A program made the translations under genes and the position numbers. This document shows, piece after piece, positions 35,800 through 48,290 of a DNA stretch of 64,000 nucleotides. Source of the DNA: Epiperipatus broadwayi (taxonomy: Eukaryota > Animalia > Onychophora). The notes beneath the pieces were generated by a model. The model did no database searches. It worked only from the letters and a program-made list of their open reading frames with translations, and was not told the origin of the DNA. The stretch is from the NCBI GenBank assembly GCA_028023455.1, contig JAQFVV010000002.1, positions 11,966,001 to 12,030,000 on the forward strand, written 5' to 3'. Every line of letters begins with the position of its first letter. Positions within the stretch are counted from its first letter, which is position 1.

Positions 35800-38532
35800 G
35801 TATGATATACAACAAAAAATTGGAAGAAAAACTTTTATATTAAATGGGACATTATTGAATTTTATGAAGTTAGAAGAAAAGGTGAAGAGACATTTGATTT
35901 CACAAGTGTATATGTACTATACTACAAAAGAACAAACATTAGAATTACAAGTGGAATAGGATTCATTACAAATAAAAAGTGGAAGAACAACATTATAGAA
36001 ATTGATGGTGAATCAGATAGGGTGGTAAAAATTAGTTACTCAACTTAATAGCAGATATCAAATGCAGATAATTCAGGTTTATGCTCCAACAAGTTCTCAT
36101 TGTGATGAAGTAGAGGATTTTTATATGGATGTACAAAAAGCCTTTGATAAGACCAAACAATATTTTAAAATTGTCATGAAAGACTTTAATGCTAAATTGG
36201 TAAACAATTGAAAGATGAAAGTGCTACAGTTTATTTGTTTATGGTGATAAGAATAAGAGAGAACATAAACTTAAGGAGTTTGCAGAAAATAAAAACTTTG
36301 TATTATGAATTCTTTTTTTTTTTTTAGAAAAATGTTAAATGCAAATGGACATAAAACATTCAAATGAATGTACAGCAGAATTGGATTATATTTTGATTAA
36401 CAGAAAATATGTATTTCAAGATTGTAATATTCTTAATGAATTCAACACAGGAAATAATCATTGATTAGTAAAATGTAAGATACATGTTAAAGAAAATCTG
36501 GAGAGACAAAAATTATTAAGAAAAACAAAATTCGCAGTTGATATTCCTAATCTTACAGAAATATTGTAGTAAATTAAAATTAAAACTTCAGATTATTTTC
36601 AAATATTAACAGATTTTGAACATGATTCAAATTTGAATGAATTCAATAGGAAGATAACTGCTACACCTTTAAAAACTGCAACAAAAATAGGTTGTACAAA
36701 AAAGCAGCAATTTCCCAGTAAAATTTCTACTGAGACAATTTATGAAGAAAGGAAGGAATATGAAAAAATATAAAAATGATTCATTAATAAGAATTGAATA
36801 TCTTGAATTTTGTAAAATGGTGCAAAGAAGAGTTGATAATGATATAAGACAGTATAATTATGAATTATCAAGAATAGCTATAAAAGAGAAAAAATCTCAA
36901 GAGTGTAAAACAACTTGGTATTGGCAAGAAACATTTTTGCAATAAGAAAAAAAGCTAAAACTATTACTAAAAAAAAGATATGACAGCATGAAATGTGTAG
37001 AAGAGTTCTACCAAAAATTATATAGCAATAAAGAACAATGAAAAGTAACTCCTAAAACTATATCTTCTGAAGTGCCCAGGATTTTAAATGAAGAAGCGAG
37101 GCACATAATTACATTTATAAAGAAGAGAAAACCTCCAGATAATGATGAAATTAAAATTAATATTTTAAAAGAAACAGGTGAAGATATAAAAAAAAAATTG
37201 TCAAAATTATATAGCAAATGTCTAAATAATAAAGATGCACTAGATGATTGAAAAAATGCAGTATTAATATTTAAAAAAAGTGATAAATTATTAGGAATTA
37301 CACACTTATCAGTCTTTTATCAGTTCTATACAAAAAATTTTATCAAAATAATTATAACTAGTCTACAGCAAACTTTGGATTTTAATCAATGAAAAGAACA
37401 AGCTGGATTTAAAAATGGTTTAGTATACTGGGTCACATCCAAATACTGAGAGAAGTTATATAAAGAACCAATGAATGTGAACTACCATTATGCCTTGGAT
37501 TTGTAGATTATGAAAAGGCATTTAATTCTATAAGTATATCTTCAGTGATTAAATCATTATATCATCAAGATATAGATCCAGGATATTGTCATATTCTGAA
37601 GAATATTTATAAAAATACAACAGCAACAATTAGATTACATAATGTTACTAAAAAAAATTAACATTGAGAAAGGTGTATGACAGGAGGATTCCATATCTCC
37701 AAAACTTTTTACAGCAGTTTTGCAACAAGTACTTTCTGGATTAAAATGGGAAGCTAATGGAATAAAAGTATATAGAGATTATTAAATCTTCTAGATTTTG
37801 CAGAAAATGTAGTCATTTTTACAAATAATGCTTTAGAGATTCAGGAAATGTTGCAAGAGTTATCAAATGAAAATAAGAAACTAGGATTAAAAGTAAATAT
37901 TAAAAAGACTAAGGTTCAATGGATTTTATCAAAAGAAGAAAATAAAGATTGATAAAAATGAGTTAGAAAAAGATAACAACTACATTTATCTTGATCAGAT
38001 TATTAGTACAGATTGGAAACATAACGAATGAAATTAATTATAGAATTAAACTTGACTGGAGTGCTTTTTGTACAAATAAAATATGCCTATATGTTTGAAA
38101 AGAAAGGTTTTTAATAAATGCATTTACCCAGTTCTTACTTATGGATCTAAAACTTGGACACTTAACAGAAGAGCAACATGGAGACTTCAGACCACTCAAC
38201 AAGGTATGGAGAGATCCATGTTAGGAATAACAAGAAGAAATCAAAAACAAATACATGGAGAAAAAATAAGTGTTATTGACGTCATTGAAAGAATTAAAAG
38301 ATTGAAATGAAGTTGGGCTGGACATTTCTAGAGAGATGATAATAGATGATCAGTTGAAATCTTAAAATGAATTGCAAGAGATTGCAAAAGACCCAGAAAA
38401 GACCACATATGAGATGGATGGAAGAAATAAAGAAGTGTGCTGAGTGATGCAGAGAAGAGAGGTTAGAAATGAGAAAAAATGGATTGAACTTGGAGAAATC
38501 TTCATTCAGCAGTGGATTGATAATGGTTGAAA
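35800..38532 (+). mobile_element. Near full-length decayed RTE-clade LINE (APE + RT)
   Basis: IKWDIIEFYEVRRKGE, IIQVYAPT and LDYIL (APE motifs); FVDYEKAF, GV*QEDSISPKLF and DFAEN (RT motifs); same 3' tail as the other RTE copies. Many stops and indels. Confidence 0.9.
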
Positions 38533-38546
38533 ATGATCATACAATA

Positions 38547-38785
38547 AATAAAAATGAAATAACTTTCATTTGTTTCTACGCTTTTTATATGGATGTCTAA
38601 ACAATTTATAATACCAGTGAACATGAAATTTAAATCAAAAGAAACATTCACACAACTTATTCAAATCAATTTACACTCTAATTTATTAAGGTAAAGTTAA
38701 TTGTTACTCATTTCATTTAGCCTTGTAAATAAAATACAAAAAACTTAGGTAAGAAATGTAGATTAACCAACACCAAATAATGAAA
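38547..38785 (+). repeat. Diverged direct repeat flanking the RTE, right copy
   Basis: Begins ~15 nt after the RTE 3' end and is collinear with 35550-35765. Confidence 0.65.
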
Positions 38786-41700
38786 CTGAAAGATATTGTA
38801 TTAATTAGTCAGCACATTTAAGTTAGGAGTTTATCTCTTTGACTATATTTCAAATTATTGGATATCATTTAATTGACATATTCTATTATTTGTGGATTGT
38901 TTAAAAGACTAAAAAAAAAAAAAAAATGGGTATACAATTAATTCTGTCTTTGTAGATTAGTTTATAAGCTGATATGAGTGAGGTAGTGTAGAGAACTTCA
39001 CTGAATTAAATTTCATACTGACAGATATTATAGATTGTAAGATCTTACAAAAGAATAAGTGATTTTATTTTCGATCTTTGCATCACAGCTTTAATAGGGA
39101 ATATTGCACTAAATATCATAGTGAATTTAACTTAGGAATTTATCTCTCTGATTATATATATATATAAGAGAAGGAGAGATGAAAATATGTTTTGAGATAT
39201 TTTATTAATGTAATGTAGAACTACCATTTTCACTAAGAACACTTTGTAATTTACATAAGATTAATTTTATCAATATTAAGACATTAATTAGATATTTATT
39301 ATGAAAATAAATCTTAAAATCTCTGATCACTTTGTTGTTTTAAAATGATCCCAGAGACACAATAATATTTCATTGTGTTTATATAAATTGAAGGGTTTTC
39401 AACTTGGAAGATAAAAAAATATTGCATGAAGAAATGATTGTATTATGGAATAAAACTTATTCTCAAAAATGTTCAGTCCACCAGGTAGGTGACTATTGAA
39501 ATAAAAAATGGCTTGATCAAATAATTGAGCCTGACAATTTCACATTGCATTTTGCAGTTCAGAAAAAAACAGTTTAACTTATAGATTTCTTTGGTGACTG
39601 CCAAATATAAATATTTCCAGTGATATTAATTGTCTGATCATAAAAAATATTTATTTATTATCCAGTTTTAAGTTCAAAACAATATAGCTTTCATGTTGTA
39701 TCATTCTTTAAGAAATAAGTGATTTTAAAAGGATAGTTGAATTATAAATATTCTGCTTGTGTATCTCACAATAAATTAATAAACTAATAAAATGATTTGT
39801 CATTTGGAAAATCATTAGATATTTGAATATGGAAGTGACAGAATAAAGCTTTAACCAGTGACTTTATCTCTTGAGTTAGGGACTCTGTCAAGACACTAAT
39901 AAATACCACATAGGACAATCACAATAAATTATTTTGTTTGGCAGAAAAATATTCAAATGTATTAAGACTATAGTTACATATTCTGCTATAGCTTTGTATT
40001 CCTTTACTTAAGCATTGATTTACAATTACAGCTGTTTTTAGCAGATTGTTTTCCTACCTCTAATGAATATAGTCATCTCTACTGAGACTATCAGCTTTAA
40101 CACATTTCAGAAAATTAACTCCTTTCAAACACATACATCCTTGTATACAATTAAAAAAGGGACTTCCTTAAGATTTTATCTGTAAAAAAAAAATAAAAAT
40201 AATATGTTGAATGTGTTCCTATGGTGTTAGAAATATTGTGTAACTACTGCAGGTATCCCATTATTCTCTCCAACAGTTGTATATAAAAAGCGTAGATCAT
40301 TTTACTAAATGTTAAATTTTTTATTGCAGTAATTATAATTTGATTATAGTGATTTCTTTATTACAAATGCAAATAAACATTTATGTCTTTATTTTCAAAT
40401 ATCTTTTATTAAAGCTTAATTAGTTTCTAAGATGTATGAACTTTCTCTCCTTTATAATATCAAATTTCTAATTTTAGATTTATCCTAAGGCTTAATAAAA
40501 ACATCTTGATCTTCAGAATTCATTTAAAAACTTTTTATGGTATATCCAATTTAAAAAAATAAAATTTTAAATACCATTAATGTGGAAAAGTTTTTTTTTT
40601 GATAAAATAAAGCTAAAAAAAAAAAAAATCTTTAAAAGTATAAAATCCAATCTATTAAATATTAATAAAAGAAATTTTTTTATACAACTTCAGTTAAGTA
40701 AAATTATATCACATTTTAAGAATAAAAAGAGCATGGAAATATGCATAGATTTTAAATGGAAATTGGAAAACATTTTTGCTTGATATTTTTTACAGTCAAT
40801 TCGCAGTTAGTGCTATTAATAATTACTACACAGGATAAAAACATCGGATCTAGTTTGATAATCAATAAATAAATGCATTGTAACTGATAAATAAGTCACC
40901 AGATTAAAGCCTACATTAGAACTCTCCGTTTGCATTTTGTATATTATTTTAAAAGTTGTTTGACAATCAATCAATAAATTAAAAAAAAAATATCAATATA
41001 TTTATGTCTGCATACATTATTTAAAATCGGAGTATCCTCAATTTCAGTTATATATGTATATTATTTTGGAAAATATTTAATTACTTCAAATTTAGAAATT
41101 ATAAATATTTCTTAATAACTTTAAATTGAATATCATATATATTGTATATTATTTTAGAGGCAATAATTAAATTAATAATATAAGCAGATGTCATAAATTG
41201 TAAAAAAAAATTAGATCAAAACAAAAGTGAAAATTAACTAAAGCATTATAAAATCATAAGTAAAAAACATTTTGGGCAACAAACCGAAAACAAAATTATT
41301 TATAAAATTATTTAAAATATATTGACATAGATATACAATAAATAAATATTAAATAGAAACATATGGGCTAAAAATAATATACAACTGACAATATAAAGAA
41401 AATAGAGCAATAAGAAATCTAAACTGGTAGCAAAATATATCATAGCTACTTTTAAGTAAAATGATAATGATATATAAATTATTAGTAAATAATATCAATA
41501 AAAGAAAAACAATAGCATTACAAGATATTAAGACACACTGAATTAAAATCAAAATAAATTGGAAATAAAAAATATTGTTTTTCAGTATAATCAGTGATGT
41601 GGAAAAGGTGCGGGAGGGGTAAATGTAGGATACATAACGTAAATTTATTTTATCAATTAAAAAAAAAATACAGTACATCATTAATATTTAAAGTAATGAA

Positions 41701-43604
41701 AAATGTTTTTCATTAAAATTGCTACAAATCAAAATCATTTCACGTTGCTAACAAATAAGCATTTAAATATGTGTTAATATCTTTCATGCACCAATATATA
41801 TAATTTAATAAAATTCTTACCTGCTGTTTAAATATACATATTTTTATAATAAATCTTTTAAAAGAATAATTTGTAGATGCTACACTTCTATACATATTTA
41901 ATAATGATTACCATCTTTATATAATACAGTATATTGTTTTATTAGACTAAAGATTAATATGCTATTTGACGTGTATGTATCAAACAAATGAGAAATTTAG
42001 ATAGATTTGCTTAAGTTAAAATATTAGTTTAATTTCCAACAAAATTCAATTACATACATAACTGTTGCATACTTAGGTAAAGCACTCCTTTAAAGTTGGG
42101 TATCATAGGTCTTCCCATTAGGGCCATTGTAGTCTCTAATTTTTTACTACTCCGATTCTCCCTCTATATCCCACTTATATATCTGACTTCTGGAGTTCAA
42201 ACAAAACACCTCTCATTCCATAAATACCTCTCCCTATATAGTCTGCTAACTGAGCCCTTCACTAGTTCCTATGGGTTTTGATTAATCCCAAATTCACCTT
42301 ATAAGGTGATGTATTTTGGTGGCAAATTTTATTCAACTGTCACACCATATATGGTTATATTCTACATGACATTGTTACATTATTTAGTTAGATAATTACA
42401 ATATTATTCAGTTATATACTTCTAATATTATTTAGTCATACATTCTGTACTTTTTTATGAATCCCCCTAATTTTACAATACTATTTACATAATAAATTTC
42501 AAACAATCCTAAACTAACTTGTCCATGACACCACACTATTTTAAATCCAGATGGCTTTATTAATTTAATGGCAATTCTTTTTGCTTTTCACAAGTATAAT
42601 ATCTTAAAATATGTTGATAATTATTATTTAATATTTTTATATTTAAAACAAATAGATAAAAAAAAAAAGTAAATATTTGATCTTCACAAGATACTTCAGC
42701 AGAACCAGTTACAAACCTCTCTCAAAGACCTTCATCATTCATTTCTTAACTATAGTATATTTTCAATATTCATTTACAATTGCTATCCTTCCTATACACA
42801 CTCAATGATAATTGTCATCTTTAGTTATTCACATTAATAATTATTACGAATGGTTTATTATGCTAAAAATTATTGCATTATTTTTAGCACAGATGTAGAC
42901 TTTAAACTTCATTAAAGGCTAACCATGAGTTATAGTTAATAAAAAATAATATATTGAAATTTAAAATCTATATTGAAATACATTACTTACTGTTACATAT
43001 AACAAATTCAAACATACCTCCCTCCTTTTCTGCTTGTATTACTGAAGAAGCTTTTTAATAACTTTTATCACTTTTTCCTAGTTACATCTATTTTCGATGT
43101 TCAAAGATACTTTCTTAAATACTTAAAGAAAGAGACTGACTTTCATTTTGTAACAGCAGCTTTGGCAAATTTTATTATGAAACATTGCAATATTTCATAA
43201 TTTTCTCATAGATAATATTAATTGACTTGACTTAATATCAATCTGCAAATTGCTTTGTTCATCTTTTAATTAAAGTATCCCTATCTTTAACCTTTTATTT
43301 CCCTAACTTCAACTACCAGCACTATGTTTACACAAATACATAATTCACTTAAGATAGTTTCCTTTTGGCATTTTGAACATTAACTTCTTGCAGACCAACA
43401 ATTATTTATTAAATGATTGTTTAAAAGTTTGTAAAAATATTATTTTATTTGTAAATGTATGTTTTATTATATCCATCATTCAAAATTAACATTTTTAGAA
43501 AAATTCAAACTATATTTAATATTTCCATATAGCATTCAATTGTTAGTAATAGCATAAGTTCATATATAACAATGTTTAAGGTGATATGTTTCTCTCATTT
43601 CATC

Positions 43605-43777
43605 TAGTGTTACTGAAACAGTGATAATACTGGCATGGAAATAAAACAGGGACCTTTAGATTCAGGAATAAATTAGAATAATTTTTCTGGTTATAGTGTC
43701 ACCTTAAATTAAATATTAATGAATCTAAAGGCCGCTGGTTCTCTCAAGCTACTAGTATCACTGGTTAGGTTAGCAAC
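43605..43777. repeat. Imperfect inverted repeat, MITE-like
   Basis: CAGTGATA (43619) / TATCACTG (43756) and CCTTTAGATTCA (43653) / TGAATCTAAAGG (43720) nest symmetrically. No TSD identified. Confidence 0.45.
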
Positions 43778-45229
43778 AGCTAAAGAAGAGAGAGAATAAT
43801 ACCACTTGAAATGTTGAGTTATGTACTAATCTGTGTGTTATTGCTAACAGTTGAATGTACTTCAAAAATTTAAATAAAATTTGAATTTTCTTTTAACATT
43901 TAACAATTAATATTAGATAATATTCAAAACAGTCTGGCATATAATTTCAAATTTATTAGCTGTTTTTAATAATCGTGCATTTTCAATTTGCATTTGGCAT
44001 ACTTATACATAGCTAAATATCATTTTGTATCTTCAAAATTTAACCATCTCACTATAAACTATGCCTGCTTTTCTTGCCCTACAACATCTAAAAACACTCC
44101 ATTCAATATACTTTTTTTTGACTTATGCAGTTCAGCACAGTAAAAGAATGATAGATCCAAAAAACTAATGATTTCTGAATAAAAGTTCAATGTGCCCCTT
44201 GAGGGAAATTAAATGTAACATGTCTTTCTAATAATCAACAATATTATTATTATTCGTTTATTATACTTTCAGTTCTTTCTTCCTTGTGCTAAAATTTTAC
44301 TACATATCTCCCTTTAATTCTGCTCTTTTTCATACTAGACAATAAAATTTATTTTTTCTTCAAAAGTAATTAAGCAATGTCTAAACTTTAAAGGTGTTTT
44401 ACCTATATCAAGAAGAAAAAGATCCAATTAACAAAAAGTGAATTTTTTTCAAAAAACTTTAATTACATTACAAGCAATTATAATTATATATAAATTATTC
44501 TGTTTTTATTTCATTTCCATTTAATTATGCTTACAAAAAAAATATTTATTCCTACTATATATAGTAAGAATGAAGAAAAAAAAAGAGAAAATAAAAATAA
44601 ATGATGATCAATATGGTTTTATAAATCCAAATTTTTTTCATGTCATATCGCTTTAATTTGATATTGAAGGATTAAATCAAAAACTAAAAGTCTAACTTGT
44701 AAAAGTATTAGACTTCACTTTATATATTATATTTATATACTCATTTATTAATACGCCTTCACACATACTAAACTCTTTAAATTTATGTTTTCAAATAAAA
44801 AGTTAACAGGAATAAAATGTATTAGGAATGTTTTGAAATTTTTTAAATCTTTCTTCCCTAAATTTTCCCTTACAAAAATCTGAATATATTACCATCAAAA
44901 GTGAGCGGATCTGGATCTCAGAAAAGATACTACTTCTGTTAGATTATTAACAACCACAAAATTAATCATCCTTTGTTATCAAAATCATTAAACACAAAAT
45001 GCAATGGGTTCCCAAAAAACAGTGAAAATTATTATCATTACAATAAAAAGATAAGTCATGATTCACTTATCACCTGGATAATCAAAAATTGCATTCCATA
45101 CTGAGAAAACATTGTAAGATTTAAAAAAATTGTCACTGGAAGACAAAGTGTAATAGAAGTTTTGCCATAAGAATGAATAAATATAGCAGAGAGTAATGAA
45201 AGATTGAAACTAAGGGAGGAGATAAAAAA

Positions 45230-47460
45230 ATTGTACATGGGAGGTTAGAGGTATTAGTAAGTTTAGTGAATTAATATTGATGGAAACTGGAAAGAGTTTA
45301 AATAACATTAGCAATTTATTAAAAACAAAAAACATCATCATGGAGAAGCACTAGATAAATATGAGCAATTAATACAAGAATTGTGGTAGTTCATGTGAGC
45401 ACTTCATTGGTAGTCAAACAATGGTATACACTAATAATAGCAGCAACATATGAAGATATAAAGCAGTTCATATCATTGTATCTATTATCCAAGATAATCT
45501 AAATGGCAAAAGAGTTGATGATGGAATGAATGGTAGATATAAACATAGCAGAGGGAAAATGTGATAGATTTCTGTAATACATACAATATAGTTATCAGAA
45601 ATGTGATGTTTCCACAATACAAAAAAAATGTACATAAACATCACTAAATAGTTTCATTAGAAATCAAATTGATTATATCATAGTTGATAGGGCATGTAAA
45701 AAGAGCTGATCTAAATATAGATCAAAGGCTTTAGATTGCAAGCATAAAGATGAAATTACACAACATCAGTAAAAGGAATGTTAAAAGACTGAATGAACTA
45801 ATATTCAAAGAAAATAACAGTTAAAATTAAAAAACTGCATAAGAAGTAAAACAAAACAAAGGTCACTGATTAGTAAAAATAAAAGTGATTGATCAAAAAG
45901 GAAGAATCAATATCATGATTCTTTAAAATATACAGAGTTGAAATGAGAGATAGAGAAGTAATAAGTAAAAGCAAGAGCTTATAAAAAACTTAAACATAGA
46001 ACTTGAAAGTAGTTCTGATAATACTAAGAAAATGTTTTATATTTGTAAAAAACAAAATTTTTACTGATTAGTTGTGTTAAAGATAAAACTTATGGATTTC
46101 TGATAAATCCAGAAAAGATAACCAGTCAATGGACAATGGATAAATTATAGTATTTGATATACCACCATGAAAATGTGAAATAGATGTTATATAAGTTGAT
46201 GTTAGCAGTATGGGAGAATGGAAATTAATTACCAAGAATTGGATGCAGCAATATTTGTAATGAAATAAAGGAAAGAAATCTCAGTCAATATGAGAATTAT
46301 AGAACAATAGCTTTAGTTTCACATGCTAGCAAGATTACATTGAGGATAGTATTGAATAGATGTCAGGAAAAATTGAAATGGAATACAGATATCAAGATGA
46401 GGAATAAAAGGTCAGATAACCACATTAAAGCTTATCCTTAATAAAACTAAGAAACAGCTAACCTATTTCTCATTCACAAATTATAAAAAGGCTTTTTATA
46501 GTATTTGTCATATTAAATTTTATTGGATAAGACTTTCATATTCCATATATAGAAAACAAAAGACCAGAATGAGAGTACTTTTGACAAAGTCAGGTTTAGT
46601 TTGTAATAGGTAAAAGATAAAACAATGCTGTGTGTTGAAATATTTATTTATTATTATATCAGAGATGTCAATGAAAAAGGCTTGGATGGTTTTCAAAATG
46701 ATTCTGTATTTGAAAAAGATGAGTGCACTATTTATAATAAATAGATTGTATAGTTGTAGTGGCAATAGTAAAGAAATATCTGCAGTGTCTGGTAGAATGA
46801 CTAATAAGAACAGAAGCAGAGTATGGTCTAAGGCTAAGTACAAACAAGACAATAATTCAATTAATTGGAGGAATATAGATAATAGGATAGAGTATTCATC
46901 TAAAACAGGTTTCAGAATTTTATGCTGGCTTTCATACTAAATCAAAAAGAAAAATAATTATTATTAGCATCAAAGGCATTTACAAAATTAGGATCCATAT
47001 GAAAAAACAGGCATTAATATATAGACAAAATATAAATCATAGAAGTCTTTGAAATGATCCACTGTACTAAATAAACATAAGATATAGTTAAGGGGGAAAG
47101 GAAAGGATTGATGCTTTTGCAATGAAATGTTATTGAAGGATGGCTGGGTGCCTTCAACAATTAAGAGAATTAATAAATGGATATTAGTAAAGGCAGATGC
47201 ACAAAGACAATCACTGAAGAAGATAAAGCAAAGCTAGGTATCCTATTTTAGATATGTGGCAAAGCAAATAGACACACTAAAAATGATTAGAACTGTGACT
47301 GAGTCAAGAAAAGGATAGTGAATATCATGGATAATATCACAAAATCCATTAGACTAATAGTATTGGAAATATGCAGAATGCAGAGGGGGAAATGGCCTGA
47401 AAGCAGTCCATCCATACTATTAATCAGTATCAAAATGACAGATGAAGTGGATATTGATGA
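45230..47460 (+). mobile_element. Decayed RTE/BovB-like LINE
   Basis: QIDYIIV (~45665), ENYRTIALVSHASKITLRIVLNR (~46290-46360), NYKKAF (~46480). Highly interrupted, with a GAT-containing end near 47455. Confidence 0.75.
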
Positions 47461-47639
47461 TAAAGCAAAAGACTAAAACATATACATTCATCTCTTAAAT
47501 TTTTTTTATGAATTAATTTGTCAAGTTGACTACTTATTATTTTATTTTATTATTAATCTCTCCTGAAGAATGGATTATTCATCAGCTATCATTTAAAAAA
47601 ACCTAAAACAAATAACAAAAAGAAATATATATACCAAAA

Positions 47640-48070
47640 CAAGTATTGGTACAATAGTGTATCTACAAGTACCAAAAATAGCAAACAAACTAAAGAAACT
47701 CTATAATCAACATAATAGCTCTCCAAAGCCATATTACATGGTGAGGGATGTAATATCTACAAAACTTAAAGTTGAAATTCTGAAAAACAAAAACTGCACT
47801 TAAAAAAACCATGTAAATGCAGATATATTGGTGAGACCAGTCATCCTGTTGAAAAGTAATTGAAAGAGCCCAAACAGATGATTAATGAAGAAGACCCACA
47901 TATATTTCAATGAATATATGTCTGATTAAGAGAATACAAAAAATATTGGGTAGAGAGACAAAATATAAATAAGAAAATTCAAAGAAGCTTCTTGTATAAT
48001 AATGATAAATAACCTCATAAATCAATACAGTGTCATAATTCACAATATCTGCAAGCCACTAATCAATCTT
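47640..48070 (+). mobile_element. Penelope-like GIY-YIG endonuclease remnant
   Basis: YLQVPKIANKLKKL, KPCKCRYIGETSHPVEK (YIGET at 47824-47838), then ENTKILGRETK..RKFKEA..and a KPLI-type C-terminus across frameshifts. Confidence 0.8.
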
Positions 48071-48149
48071 TTTCTTAAAAAAAAGTGGAGAAATTAGGAG
48101 AACTATAAGACATAAGTATAAAAAAATTCTAACTGTAGCCTTAAATTCA

Positions 48150-48290
48150 ATATTAAAAATCATTTCAACTCAACTGAAATTAAACAACCAATTAAAAATA
48201 ACTAAATATTTTATTTAACTGATTTTCACCATTATTAGGATTTTTTCAAAATATAATATTTTCCAAAAAATCACATAACTGAGCACATTA
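48150..48290 (+). repeat. Dispersed ~140-bp repeat (second copy at ~50955-51100)
   Basis: TTAAAAAT.ATTTCAACTCAA..GAAATTAAA..AC.AATTAAAAATAA..AAATATTTT is shared and collinear. Confidence 0.65.

Noticed and set aside
42100-43400. Possible minus-strand LINE RT debris (GVV.GQV-like segment near 42530)
   Set aside because: Motifs too eroded to support boundaries or family.
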